A stretch of 64,000 nt of DNA from an uncultured Pseudomonadota bacterium. Its GTDB lineage: Bacteria; Pseudomonadota; Gammaproteobacteria; Burkholderiales; JALYOK01. The DNA is taken from NCBI GenBank assembly GCA_963714525.1, contig CAVQPB010000001.1, positions 21,495 through 85,494 on the forward strand, given 5' to 3'. Made by a program: the position numbers and the translations under genes. This document shows, one piece after another, positions 1 to 9,746 of the stretch. The number at the start of each line of letters is the position of its first letter. Within the stretch, counting starts at the first letter, position 1. The notes beneath the pieces are model-generated. The model ran no database searches and was not told the origin of the DNA. It worked only from the letters and a program-made list of their open reading frames with translations.

Positions 1-700
1 CCAGTGCGGCCTCCGCCAATGTGGGCACGCTGTTGGTCACGAGAGTAGGGGTGATCGGTACCAACTGGCGACGCCCGCGAGCCACTAGTTCCCAGACATA
101 GCGCCCGTTTCTTTCCCACCGTGCCAGGGATAGCGTCTGATGATTGCGCAACTCCTCAAGGCTTTTCGGTACCCCCGCTCGCTCTAGATAACCCGGCGCT
201 GCATAGAGCTTGGGCGTTGCCACTCCGAGTAGGCGGCTGGGAAACGACAGTTGTGCGAACGGCCCTATGCAGATAGCGAGGTCTATTTCGTCGCGAATCA
301 AATCTGGGTGTTCGTTGCTGAGCACCAACGTCACAGTAACTTCAGGATAACGTGTCATAAACTGCGCGAGCAGGTTGCCAAGCGACAGCGCGCCTAGGCT
401 ATGTGGGGCGAGGAGTCGCAGCTTGCCTCTGGGCACGCTGCGTAGCTTGCCCACGGCAGACTCGGCGGCGTCAAGCTCCGTGACGATACGTGCACAGTAC
501 TCGTAATAAGTAGCGCCGACTTCAGTGAGCGCGAGCTGGCGCGTGGATCGCTGCAGCAGACGTACGCCAAGATGTTGCTCCAGTTCCTGCACCGATCTGC
601 TCACCATCGCCTTTGTCAGGCCGAGTGATCGAGCGGCTTGAGTGAAACTTCTCTGTTCGACAACTTTCGCAAACACGAGCGCGGTACCAAGGTGATTCAT
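1..700 (-). CDS. LysR-family transcriptional regulator, partial (C-terminus beyond window start)
   Basis: Reverse-strand translation from ATG at 698-700 gives MNHLGTALVFAKVVEQRSFTQAARSLGLTKAMVSRSVQELEQHLGVRLLQRSTRQ..., a LysR HTH followed by a substrate-binding domain. It is divergent from the tctC-like gene. Confidence 0.8.
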   Translation of the reverse strand, partial: MNHLGTALVFAKVVEQRSFTQAARSLGLTKAMVSRSVQELEQHLGVRLLQRSTRQLALTEVGATYYEYCARIVTELDAAESAVGKLRSVPRGKLRLLAPHSLGALSLGNLLAQFMTRYPEVTVTLVLSNEHPDLIRDEIDLAICIGPFAQLSFPSRLLGVATPKLYAAPGYLERAGVPKSLEELRNHQTLSLARWERNGRYVWELVARGRRQLVPITPTLVTNSVPTLAEAAL

Positions 701-868
701 TTGTTGCACTTATGAAACAACGTGACTCATTTTAGCCGCTTGTTGCGTCGATTCAAAGGCGTTAGCCTAGCAAGACCATTAAGGCATGCTCCTGGAGGGC
801 GAATGACCACGCTACAAGATGGCAATCACACAAGCGCAAGCGCTTTCGTTCGCGCTGCGCTGGTCCGA

Positions 869-1843
869 ATGAAGAGGTCTTTGCATGTCGCCGCGGTGGC
901 GCTTAGCGTTGTGGCGTTGAGCTTGGGCGCGGTCGATGGCTGGGCCTATCCAAGCCGACCGATTCGAATAGTAGTCCCCGGCGCCGCGGGCGGTGTTCTC
1001 GATATCGGAGTGCGAAAGATTGTCGAAAAACTGAGTCGATCGCTGGGGCAGCCAGTTATTGTCGATAACAAACCAGGAGCCCATGGTTTCATCGCTGCGG
1101 AGTCGGTGGCGAGGTCTAAGGCGGATGGGTACACGCTGCTGGTCGCGGGGAGCAGCCACTTGAGTGTCAATCAGAGTCTCTTTCAGAGGATGCCCTATGA
1201 TCCGATTAAGGATTTCGAGCCCATAACACTAGCAGCGTGGGGGCAACCGATGCTCCTCGTGAATTCGTCCCTGCCGATCCGAAGCGTTAAGGATCTGATC
1301 GCATATGCCAAGGCCCACCCAGGGAAGGTGGCATACGGTTCACCGTCGGTGGGTTCTCCAAACCATCTGGCGATGGAGTTGTTCCAGCAGTTGACGAATG
1401 TTGAGATGGTGCATGTCCCCTACAAGCTACAGCCACAGATCATGACCGATCTGATTGGGGGCCAGATACAGGTGACCGTTGAATATCCCTCGTTGGCAGG
1501 CCCGTTTATTACGGCGGGGAAGGTGCGCGCAATCGCGGTCGTTGGAGAACCCAGGAAGCCGGCATTTCCCGACGTACCTACTTCTGCCGAAGTTGGTCTG
1601 CCAGGGTTTGTGATCAGTGGATGGTATGGGTATCTCGCGCCAGCCGGAACGCCGAAAGAGATAATCGCGCGGCTAAACAAGGAGCTGAATGCCGCTCTCC
1701 ATTCGAAAGAGTTTGTAGCGTTTATCGAAAGTGTCGGCAGCGTTGTGAAGGCTGGGACTGCGGAGGAATTCGCGCAATACATTAGATCCGAGCAAGCTCA
1801 TTGGGCCAAGGTGATTAAGCAAACGCGCATTCGTCTAGATTGA
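869..1843 (+). CDS. tctC: Tripartite tricarboxylate transporter substrate-binding protein (TctC/Bug family)
   Basis: Signal peptide MKRSLHVAAVALSVVALSLGAVDGWA followed by YPSRPIRIVVPGAAGG...DNKPGAHGF...GYTLLVAGSS, typical of the Bug/TctC family. The ORF track starts at 722; the internal ATG at 869 precedes the signal peptide. Confidence 0.8.
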   Translation: MKRSLHVAAVALSVVALSLGAVDGWAYPSRPIRIVVPGAAGGVLDIGVRKIVEKLSRSLGQPVIVDNKPGAHGFIAAESVARSKADGYTLLVAGSSHLSVNQSLFQRMPYDPIKDFEPITLAAWGQPMLLVNSSLPIRSVKDLIAYAKAHPGKVAYGSPSVGSPNHLAMELFQQLTNVEMVHVPYKLQPQIMTDLIGGQIQVTVEYPSLAGPFITAGKVRAIAVVGEPRKPAFPDVPTSAEVGLPGFVISGWYGYLAPAGTPKEIIARLNKELNAALHSKEFVAFIESVGSVVKAGTAEEFAQYIRSEQAHWAKVIKQTRIRLD

Positions 1844-1958
1844 TATGAAGAAGAACATGCGGGGTAGGAATGTCGGAACGTGAACCGTGTAGCGGCGACA
1901 GAGGCGCTGTTACCCGATAACTCAAACGTGTCGCTGCGCACCCACCAGGAGGGGACCC

Positions 1959-3194
1959 ATGAGAATCGATGCAAAAGGACTCACGTCACGAAGAGACTTT
2001 ATGAAGCAACTGGTGATCCCGCCGCTGATCACGGCTTTCCCATTGGCGGCGCTTGGCACCGATCCGAGTCGGCCCTACGATCTACCTGGAGCCGGGCGGA
2101 TCATCAAGAACCCCGAGGACGCTATCGATGTATTCGATTTCGAGGTTGCCGCACGCCATACCATTCCGCCAGCCCATTTCGACTACATGGCATGGGGGGC
2201 TGACGCGGGCGCGATCGTTAAGCTCAATCGCGACGCCTTTTCCCGCATCGGCTTGCGCGCCCGGCGGCTGGTCGATGTGACCAAGGTCGACACCAGCATC
2301 GAACTCTTCGGAAGAATCTGGAAGACGCCGATTATCCTCGCGCCAACGGGCAGCGAAAAGGCGTTTCATCCGGACGGGGCCATTGCGGCCGCAAAGGCGG
2401 CCCGATCACGCGATCATCTGCAAATATTGTCCACGGTGTCCACCAGTTCCATCGAAGACGTTACAGAAGCAAGTGGTGGCCGGGTCTGGTACCAACTGTA
2501 TGCGACGCCCCTGTGGGCCAATACGGAGCGATTGCTCAAGCGCGCGGAGGCAGCCGGCTGCGCGGTTGTGGTCGTCACCGTGGACTCCCCGGCTGGTCGC
2601 GTTGTGCGAGACGTGAAAAGGCGCGCGAGGTACACGGATTCGCGAGATTGTCAGACCTGTCACGGTGAGGGCCTGGAAGACTACATCCGGCACAAGCCGA
2701 TGTTCGACGGTCTCAACTTTGCTGGCCTGAAGACGTTCATGGCGCCTCAGCTTACGTGGGACAGCGTGCGTCGGATCAAAGACAACAGTCGCATGAAAGT
2801 GATGCTTAAGGGCATCGTCACGCGCGAAGACGCGCTCCGCTGCGTCGAGCTAGGCGTGGACGGAATCATCGTATCGAATCATGGAGGTCGGTCGGATGGC
2901 GGCGGACGGGCCACAATGGCTTGTCTGCCAGAGGTGATCGCTGCGGTAGACGGGCGCTTTCCCGTGATTGTGGACAGCGGCTTCAGGCGCGGGTCCGACA
3001 TCCTAAAGGCATTGGCCTTGGGTGCGCGAGCGGTCTGCGTGGGACGTCCCTATCTATGGGGCCTGGGCGCGTTCGGACAACCCGGAGTTGAGGCTGTGCT
3101 CGATATCTTGCGCGAGGAGCTTGAACTCGCGATGAGAATGTCTGGCATACCATGGATCAAGGACGTTGGACCCAATTTGGTGCATATCGCGTGA
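1959..3194 (+). CDS. FMN-dependent alpha-hydroxy acid dehydrogenase (LldD/glycolate oxidase family) with N-terminal twin-arginine signal
   Basis: RBS AGGAGG before the ATG. N-terminus ...TSRRDFMKQLVIPPLITAFPLAALG matches the Tat motif S-R-R-x-F-x-K. The body carries the FMN-DH signatures (SNHGGR, GVDGIIVSNHGG, C-terminal TIM barrel). Confidence 0.8.
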   Translation: MRIDAKGLTSRRDFMKQLVIPPLITAFPLAALGTDPSRPYDLPGAGRIIKNPEDAIDVFDFEVAARHTIPPAHFDYMAWGADAGAIVKLNRDAFSRIGLRARRLVDVTKVDTSIELFGRIWKTPIILAPTGSEKAFHPDGAIAAAKAARSRDHLQILSTVSTSSIEDVTEASGGRVWYQLYATPLWANTERLLKRAEAAGCAVVVVTVDSPAGRVVRDVKRRARYTDSRDCQTCHGEGLEDYIRHKPMFDGLNFAGLKTFMAPQLTWDSVRRIKDNSRMKVMLKGIVTREDALRCVELGVDGIIVSNHGGRSDGGGRATMACLPEVIAAVDGRFPVIVDSGFRRGSDILKALALGARAVCVGRPYLWGLGAFGQPGVEAVLDILREELELAMRMSGIPWIKDVGPNLVHIA

Positions 3195-3583
3195 CGAGCG
3201 CATTCTGGCGTCGATTCCTACGTCGGCATGCAGCAGCCCGAGCCGGACATCGGGACCTCGCCGCGAACGGCGGCAATGTTCCGTGGCGCCACGGTTCGTG
3301 GTCGGCTTTAGAGAAGCTTAGTTTGCTTACTTGAATGTAAGCGTCACAAATCGCGTGCCAACTTGGTAGCCCAATTTCAACGTCCGCAACCCGCGGCTAC
3401 CTGACCCGCGATTGTGCGTTGTGTCAGGCAGCACTTGGCCGGTTCTGCCGCAGCCGCCGTGTCACTACTAACGGACAAGACTTCTCGTAGGCTGTTGCTT
3501 CTGTACCCAGCTAGCGTAAAAAACTTTGCTCGCTGAAATGGCGCCAGACGGCCCCAATGATCCGCCCGGAAAGCCACAAACGC

Positions 3584-4033
3584 TCACTGCGCCGGCAAGA
3601 CGGGAGGAACACCCTTATCCTTTACCAGGAACACCAGAAACTTAGCGGGTTTGGTCGCGCTTGCGTTCTTGGAAACGGCATGAATATCTCGAGGGGTTTC
3701 ATAGAATGTTCCACCCGGCCCTAAGGTAACGGGTTGTCCGCCCTCGGCCTGCATCACAATGGAGCCCTCAAGCACGTAAACAAACGTGTGGGCATCGTGG
3801 CGATGTTTAGGACTCGACGCCCCAGGGGCATACTCGACGGTGATCATCAAACCTTCTTTCCCGGCGATATTTGCGAATTCCTTACTCATGAGCGGCGTTA
3901 CGATTGTGTCCTGCGCGCTTTTCGCGCCATCTGGTTTTGATTCATTTTGCGCACAGGCGGACGTGGCCGAAAGCAGCAATAGGCCCACCATTGTCAGCAA
4001 ACGGTTGGGCAAATTTTGTATTTCGAACTTCAT
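3584..4033 (-). CDS. Secreted cupin-domain protein
   Basis: RBS AAGGAG upstream of the ATG. Signal-like MKFEIQNLPNRLLTMVGLLLLSATSACA precedes a cupin core (PKHRHDAHTFVYVLEGS...GGTFYETPRDIHA). Confidence 0.6.
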   Translation of the reverse strand: MKFEIQNLPNRLLTMVGLLLLSATSACAQNESKPDGAKSAQDTIVTPLMSKEFANIAGKEGLMITVEYAPGASSPKHRHDAHTFVYVLEGSIVMQAEGGQPVTLGPGGTFYETPRDIHAVSKNASATKPAKFLVFLVKDKGVPPVLPAQ

Positions 4034-4294
4034 GGCTTTCTCCTTTTTAGGATGTTGAGGGTTGGGAACGTAAATGCGGAGACGAACTCTACGCGGGCGC
4101 GTTATCTGTTTCAGGTCTGGGCCAGGTCCGCAGCCACCAAGATCTCATTACAGCCCGGCGACAAGACGCGGAGATACGTGGGTTACCCCTCCCGATTAAA
4201 TCAAAAGAATAAAGACAACGGGAGTCTAGGCAGCATTGCATGCTTTTTGGGGAGATGCTACCTTAGGTGACAAGAGCAATTTCATTAGTCGCCC

Positions 4295-5161
4295 ATGACT
4301 CAGCCTGAAGATCAAGAACAATTTGAATTAGTAAACAGGATCAAAGAATGGGTTGCCAACGGGTACGCTACAGAAATTTCTATCGCCAAGGAAGTTGGCG
4401 TTTCGCGTAATACGGTCAACCGCTGGGTGAATGGCAAAAGAACAATTAAAAGCGGTCATCGTAAGCTGTTAGCGCAAATGGAGCGGATGATCTGGGTTGT
4501 TAGTCACATAAGTCCTTTATGGGCTAAAGATGCCCTTTCGCTGGCGCTGTTAACGCTATTGAAACACCACGAAGATCAAATAGCCCAAAAAGCCGCGTTG
4601 ACGGTATTAGAGATGTTGCCGAAGAACGACCATAAGCGTCTTGACGTGATCCTTGCTACGTTATTAATATTCGCGCCATTGTCTGTTGTCCCACCCGAGG
4701 CCAATGAGCTAATTAAGGAAGGAGGAAAACTCGCCTTCTCCGATTCGGATAAAGCCAGACTACGGCTTTTTTCTGCGAATTTCAAATTCAAAGCGCTGCG
4801 CTTGGAACGCAAGTCAACTAGAACCGCAAAGAAGCTGGCTGACGAACTCTGCGATGAATACGAGTCGATATTCAAAGTGCTTCCAAATATCCTTCTGCTC
4901 TTTAATGTCCTCGAGGTGGCGAATGAGTTTGCTTTGAATGATCGAGCGGTAAAAATACTTGACCGAATTCATAAAATCCGCGATCGCGGAATTTCAGATG
5001 CTTGCAAGACCGGTGTGTTTGACGTGCACGAATCGGTAAACGATCCTTCGCAATTAAAAGAATCGCACAAAAAGTGGAAAAATTGGATCAGTTATCTCGT
5101 CAAGCTTCCTATATATCGAGATCCTACTGTATTACACAACAATTCGCACCGTCTCATGTAA
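4295..5161 (+). CDS. Hypothetical protein, N-terminal XRE-type HTH plus ~230-aa alpha-helical domain of unknown function; lies in a low-GC islet
   Basis: The HTH motif is TEISIAKEVGVSRNTVNRWVNGKRTIK. The rest has no recognisable family. Local GC (~45%) is well below the neighbours (~62%). Confidence 0.5.
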   Translation: MTQPEDQEQFELVNRIKEWVANGYATEISIAKEVGVSRNTVNRWVNGKRTIKSGHRKLLAQMERMIWVVSHISPLWAKDALSLALLTLLKHHEDQIAQKAALTVLEMLPKNDHKRLDVILATLLIFAPLSVVPPEANELIKEGGKLAFSDSDKARLRLFSANFKFKALRLERKSTRTAKKLADELCDEYESIFKVLPNILLLFNVLEVANEFALNDRAVKILDRIHKIRDRGISDACKTGVFDVHESVNDPSQLKESHKKWKNWISYLVKLPIYRDPTVLHNNSHRLM

Positions 5162-5283
5162 CGCAAATTAAGTTCGTGGGCGATGTGAGGGCCTGAATCC
5201 TCGTAAGTCGATGTCGACAATGAGGCGCTGAACGCGACTGCGGAGCAAAAGCGTAGCGATCGACGTCATCTAAATTTACTTTG

Positions 5284-6783
5284 TCACTCCTGAAACGCCT
5301 CTTCGCGTTTCTTCCGAATGTTTGGCGCGACGATCATCAGTAGCAAGATTCCCGCCACGATCAGCAACGACAGGCTCAACGGCCGATTGAAAAACACCAT
5401 CCAATCGCCGCGCGCGGTGTTGACGGAGCGGCGCAATTCTTCTTCCATCATCGGCCCGAGAACGAATGCCAGCAGTAGCGGCGCGGGCTCGCAATCGAGT
5501 TTGATCAAGATGTAGCCGATCAGGCCGAACATAGCGGCGAGCACCACATCCATTACGCTGTTGTTCAGGCTATACACGCCGACGCAGCAGAACAACAGGA
5601 TCGCGGGGTAGAGCAAACGATACGGAACTTTCAACAGCCGCACCCAAATGCCGATCAGCGGCAGATTCAGCAACACCAGCAAGATATTGCCGACCCACAT
5701 GCTGGCGATCATGCCCCAAAATAATTCCGGGCGCTGCGTCATCACTTGCGGGCCGGGCTGGATGCCTTGGATGATCATGGCGCCGACCATCAACGCCATG
5801 ACCGGATTGGAGGGAATGCCCAAGGTCAGCATCGGGATGAACGAAGTTTGCGCGGCTGCGTTGTTCGCCGCCTCCGGCCCTGCGACGCCTTGGATGGCGC
5901 CCTTGCCGAAGTTCGACGCTGGGCCGGCTAAGCGCTTTTCGACCATGTACGATGCGAATGAGCCGAGGATCGCGGTGCCGCCGGGCAGTATTCCCAAAAC
6001 TGAACCGAGGCCGGTGCCGCGCAGGATCGCTTTCCAAGAGTTGCGTAAGTCCTCGCGTGTAGGCCACAGACCTTTGAGGCTCGAGGTGAAGACTTCGCGC
6101 TTCGCGACATTTTCTAAACTACGAATGATTTCCGCGATGCCGAACATGCCCATGGCGACGATGGCAAAGCCGATGCCATCGGAAAGATTGGGAATGCCGA
6201 AGGTATAACGTTGTGTGCCGGATGTAACGTCGGTGCCGATGATGCCGAGCAACAGGCCGAGACAGATCATCGCCAGCGCTTTTACTAGCGAACCGTGGGC
6301 CAGCACGACGGCTGCGACCAAACCCAACACATAGAGCGAAAAGCGTTCCGGCGGGCCGAACTTGAAGGCGAGGGCGGCGAGCGGCGGTGCGAAGGCGGCG
6401 ATCAGCAACGTGCCGACACACCCGGCGAAGAACGAGCCGATGGCGGCGACCGACAACGCCGCACCGGCGCGGCCTTGACGCGCCATTTGGTAGCCTTCCA
6501 TGGCGGTGACAACCGACGACGCTTCACCGGGCATGTTTACCAAAATCGCCGATGTCGAGCCGCCGTACTGCGCGCCGTAGTAAATACCGGCTAGCATGAT
6601 CAACGCCGATTCCGGGGGCAGATTAAAAGTGATCGGCAGCAACATGGCGATGGTCGCGACAGGCCCGATGCCCGGCAACACGCCGATTAACGTGCCGAGG
6701 GTAACGCCGAGCAGGCAATACAGAAGATTAGAGGTCGTGAATGCAACCGCGAAACCTAGGTTTAGATTGGCGATTAGATCCAT
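5284..6783 (-). CDS. tctA: Tripartite tricarboxylate transporter permease, large subunit TctA
   Basis: 499 aa, polytopic. MDLIANLNLGFAVAF...GVLPGIGPVATIAMLLPITF...GIYYGAQYGGSTSAILVNMPGE are hallmark TctA motifs. Confidence 0.9.
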   Translation of the reverse strand: MDLIANLNLGFAVAFTTSNLLYCLLGVTLGTLIGVLPGIGPVATIAMLLPITFNLPPESALIMLAGIYYGAQYGGSTSAILVNMPGEASSVVTAMEGYQMARQGRAGAALSVAAIGSFFAGCVGTLLIAAFAPPLAALAFKFGPPERFSLYVLGLVAAVVLAHGSLVKALAMICLGLLLGIIGTDVTSGTQRYTFGIPNLSDGIGFAIVAMGMFGIAEIIRSLENVAKREVFTSSLKGLWPTREDLRNSWKAILRGTGLGSVLGILPGGTAILGSFASYMVEKRLAGPASNFGKGAIQGVAGPEAANNAAAQTSFIPMLTLGIPSNPVMALMVGAMIIQGIQPGPQVMTQRPELFWGMIASMWVGNILLVLLNLPLIGIWVRLLKVPYRLLYPAILLFCCVGVYSLNNSVMDVVLAAMFGLIGYILIKLDCEPAPLLLAFVLGPMMEEELRRSVNTARGDWMVFFNRPLSLSLLIVAGILLLMIVAPNIRKKREEAFQE

Positions 6784-6804
6784 ATCAGTTCTTGATCAGC
6801 ATCG

Positions 6805-7257
6805 TTAGGACCACGGCCAGACTTTGATGGGCAGGCCTAGGCTGTAGACAAAAAGCCCTAGGGCGACGACCAGTAGAAATACAATGAGGCTTAACATATC
6901 CCGCAACCGCGATTCGGGACTCGCGAGACAGCCGACCACAACCAGCGCGACCGTAGCAATCACCAAACCGGCCGGCTCGAGCAGCGCAGCGAAGATGAGC
7001 ATCGAAGCCAAAATTAAAATCAATGGACGCCAGTGAATCGTGTCAACGCGGGCGCCGGTGAGCAACAATGAACGCGCCGCGATGATCGCCCCGAGCAATG
7101 TCAGCAAGCCGCCTAACAGAGCGGGAAAATAACCCGGCCCCATGCGCGTGGCGGTGCCGAGGGAATATTCGCGGCCGATGATGAGGGCGATGATGCCGAC
7201 GCCGATGAAAATGAGTCCGGAGAAAAAATCTCTAGGGTGACGAATCTGGATCGCCAA
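6805..7257 (-). CDS. tctB: Tripartite tricarboxylate transporter small subunit TctB
   Basis: 150 aa, 4-TM hydrophobic protein immediately upstream of tctA on the same strand. Confidence 0.7.
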   Translation of the reverse strand: MAIQIRHPRDFFSGLIFIGVGIIALIIGREYSLGTATRMGPGYFPALLGGLLTLLGAIIAARSLLLTGARVDTIHWRPLILILASMLIFAALLEPAGLVIATVALVVVGCLASPESRLRDMLSLIVFLLVVALGLFVYSLGLPIKVWPWS

Positions 7258-7461
7258 ACGCTGCTCCTCTGCGAATTATTCTTGCCTGCATTCTCACGTG
7301 CCCGGCTGGATACGTCAACCGACAATGCCGCTATCATCACCTAGTGCGATGAATGCGAACCTATATTTCATCGAGCCAGAAGGCATATCCAGCTTGCCTC
7401 GTGGCAATGCCTGCCCTGAGAGCCGCATCCCACTTGGCTTCTGGCGATGCTCCTGTTTGAT

Positions 7462-8400
7462 TTAGGGCTTAAAGAAGTCTTCCAGCAATGCCGCAAGCGC
7501 ATGCGGTTGATCGTGATGCATCATGTGACCGCAATCGGGAATGACTTCTTCGCGGAGATGAGTGAAGCAAGCTTTGCGGGCGGCGTAATCTTCAGGGCTC
7601 GACACTTGCGCGCGCATGAATTCGGAGTGGGCGCCGGTGATCCACAGGGTGGGGCAGGCAACTTGCCTCCAGCACGCTTTGGCTTCTTCCAGCCGATACA
7701 GCACCGGGTTGGTCAATTTATGGCGCGGGTCGCTGAGCAGCTCGACTTTGCCGGGCGCCGTTTCTCTGCTCGAATGTTGCGCGATGAATAGCGCGCGCTC
7801 GAAAGTCAGGCGCGAATTATTCTGCTGTAGCCGCTGCGCGAATTCTTCCACGTTAGCGTACGTTTTGAAGCTCGGCGGTTCACGCAGTTGATCCAGCCAC
7901 TTTTTGAAACGTGCCGGTGCGTGGCTGGGTTCAACCGGCTTTAAGCCGAAACCTTCCAGCAGCGCGAGCTTGGCGATGCGCTCGGGGCGGATACCCGCGT
8001 AGAGGCCGGCGATGTTGCCGCCCATGCTGTGGCCCACAAGATTGACCGGTCCATCGGCGCGGACGTGATCGAGAATGCGATCCAGGTCGGCGAAGTAATC
8101 AGGAAAATAATACGCACCGTTACCCCAAGCCGATAGGCCGAAGCCACGAAAATCCGGAGCCACCACATGCCAGTCCCGCTTGAGCTCGTCCACCAAAAAC
8201 TGAAACGAGGCGGCGATGTCCATCCAGCCATGCAGTAACACTAGTGTGGGATGATCGGGCTCACCCCATGAACGCAGGTGATAGCGCAAACCGTTGATGT
8301 CGAGAAATTCAGAGCGGGAGGGTTGCAAGTTCAGTCCAAAAAAAATCCGTTGAGATTGTCGTTCGTTGCGGCGAGTGCTGCGTTCAGCGGAGTGTAGCAC
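7462..8400 (-). CDS. Alpha/beta-fold hydrolase
   Basis: HGWMD...VVAPDFRGFGLS, a nucleophile elbow GHSMGG, and a C-terminal His region. Confidence 0.75.
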   Translation of the reverse strand: MLHSAERSTRRNERQSQRIFFGLNLQPSRSEFLDINGLRYHLRSWGEPDHPTLVLLHGWMDIAASFQFLVDELKRDWHVVAPDFRGFGLSAWGNGAYYFPDYFADLDRILDHVRADGPVNLVGHSMGGNIAGLYAGIRPERIAKLALLEGFGLKPVEPSHAPARFKKWLDQLREPPSFKTYANVEEFAQRLQQNNSRLTFERALFIAQHSSRETAPGKVELLSDPRHKLTNPVLYRLEEAKACWRQVACPTLWITGAHSEFMRAQVSSPEDYAARKACFTHLREEVIPDCGHMMHHDQPHALAALLEDFFKP

Positions 8401-8484
8401 GCAGGTTCCACGTTTTGACTTACCCCAGGTGGCTTGGTAGTATGCCCAGTCGTTGTTAAAAATATAATTTATAAGGAGAGAGTC

Positions 8485-9675
8485 ATGATCTCATCGTCAC
8501 GCGTCAGGTCCTTCTTGGTCGGATTGATCGCCGTTGGCGGCATCGGTTTCGCTCAAGCTCAAGAAATTAAAGTCGGCGGCATTTTCGACCTGACGGGCAT
8601 CACTTCGGATGTCGGCAAGCCTTTCGCTCAGGGGGTCCGCGACTATGTCGAACTGACCAACAGCAAGGGCGGTATCAACGGCAAGAAGATTAAGCTGATC
8701 GATGTCGATTATGGTTACAAAATTCCCGAGGCCGTCGCCGCGTATAAGCGCTTGGTGAGCGACGAAAAAGTAATCATGATCAGCGGCTGGGGCACGGGAG
8801 ACACCGAAGCGCTGAAGAATTTCGTCAACAGCGACAAGATTCCTTATTTCTCCGCGTCGTTCTCCGCCCACCTCACGGATCCGGCCAAGACACCGTATAA
8901 CTTCTTCATTGCGCCTAGCTATTCCGATCAATTGCGCGCCTGGCTTACGTGGGTAAAGGAGGATTGGAAGGACACAAGCCGCAAACCGCGCGTGTCGTTT
9001 ATTTTCGGCGACAATCCCTACGGCCGTTCGCCGCTCACCGCCGGCAAGGCTTATGCGCCGGAACTCGGCATCGAGGTCGCCGGCGAGGAAGTGGTGCCCG
9101 GCAATTTCCAAGATGCCACCAGCCAATTGCTCAACATGCAGAAAAACAAAACCGACTATGCGTATATCAATGTGACGACGACTGGCGCATCGATCATATT
9201 AAAAGATGCGCAGAAATTGGGCTTGAAGATCAAATTCGGTTCCAATCCCTATGGCTTCAGTGAAAAATTGCCGGAAGTAGCCCGGGCAACCGCGGAAGGC
9301 GTGACCGGCGTGATGCCCCATGTTCCCTACGGGACCGACGTGCCGGGCATGAAGGCTATCCTCGATTTCAACAAGGGCAAGACCGCTAGATCGTCTCTGG
9401 ATGCCATCTATGTGCGCGGGTGGGCAACTGCTCTGGTGTGGGTTGAAGCGCTAAAGCGCGCAGATAAGGCAGGCAGCCTGAATGGTGAAGGCATTAAGAA
9501 AGCCATGGAAACCATGAGCGATTTTAGCGTCGGAGGGCTGGCGCCGAATTTGACCTACACCGCCGCCGATCACCGGCCGAGTACCCGTACGCCGATTTAC
9601 ATGGTTCAAAACGGCAAACTGATCAAAGTAAAGGAATACGAACTGCCGCGCAAAAAAGACTGGCTTGGCATGTAA
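8485..9675 (+). CDS. Branched-chain amino acid-type ABC transporter substrate-binding protein (LivK-like)
   Basis: RBS AAGGAGAG precedes the ATG at 8485. Signal peptide MISSSRVRSFLVGLIAVGGIGFAQA, then a type-I periplasmic binding fold (KVGGIFDLTG...). Confidence 0.85.
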   Translation: MISSSRVRSFLVGLIAVGGIGFAQAQEIKVGGIFDLTGITSDVGKPFAQGVRDYVELTNSKGGINGKKIKLIDVDYGYKIPEAVAAYKRLVSDEKVIMISGWGTGDTEALKNFVNSDKIPYFSASFSAHLTDPAKTPYNFFIAPSYSDQLRAWLTWVKEDWKDTSRKPRVSFIFGDNPYGRSPLTAGKAYAPELGIEVAGEEVVPGNFQDATSQLLNMQKNKTDYAYINVTTTGASIILKDAQKLGLKIKFGSNPYGFSEKLPEVARATAEGVTGVMPHVPYGTDVPGMKAILDFNKGKTARSSLDAIYVRGWATALVWVEALKRADKAGSLNGEGIKKAMETMSDFSVGGLAPNLTYTAADHRPSTRTPIYMVQNGKLIKVKEYELPRKKDWLGM

Positions 9676-9687
9676 AGTAGCACTATG

Positions 9688-9728
9688 AAAACTCCCTTAC
9701 GGCAATCCGGAAGGGAGTTTCTTTTTTT
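9688..9728 (+). terminator. Rho-independent terminator
   Basis: Stem ACTCCCTT / AAGGGAGT with an 11-nt loop, followed by a T8 run, directly after the stop at 9675. Confidence 0.7.
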
Positions 9729-9746
9729 CTGCGGCTGGCGCGGGCG

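Noticed and set aside
3195-3583. Search for tRNA or other small RNA genes in ORF-free gaps (3195-3583, 16799-17022, 43891-44027, 46917-47220, 62467-63345)
   Set aside because: No T-loop (GTTCRANYC) or cloverleaf-compatible segments were seen. The gaps look like ordinary promoter or terminator regions, or unexplained spacers. This cannot be proved without tRNAscan/Infernal.
5570-6208. Long antisense or out-of-frame ORFs inside tctA, and likewise inside other large genes (11880-12680, 13655-14254, 28490-29158, 35752-36366, 55566-56336)
   Set aside because: These are typical high-GC shadow ORFs with no RBS and no recognisable domains. Each is fully contained within a well-supported gene on the other strand or in another frame.
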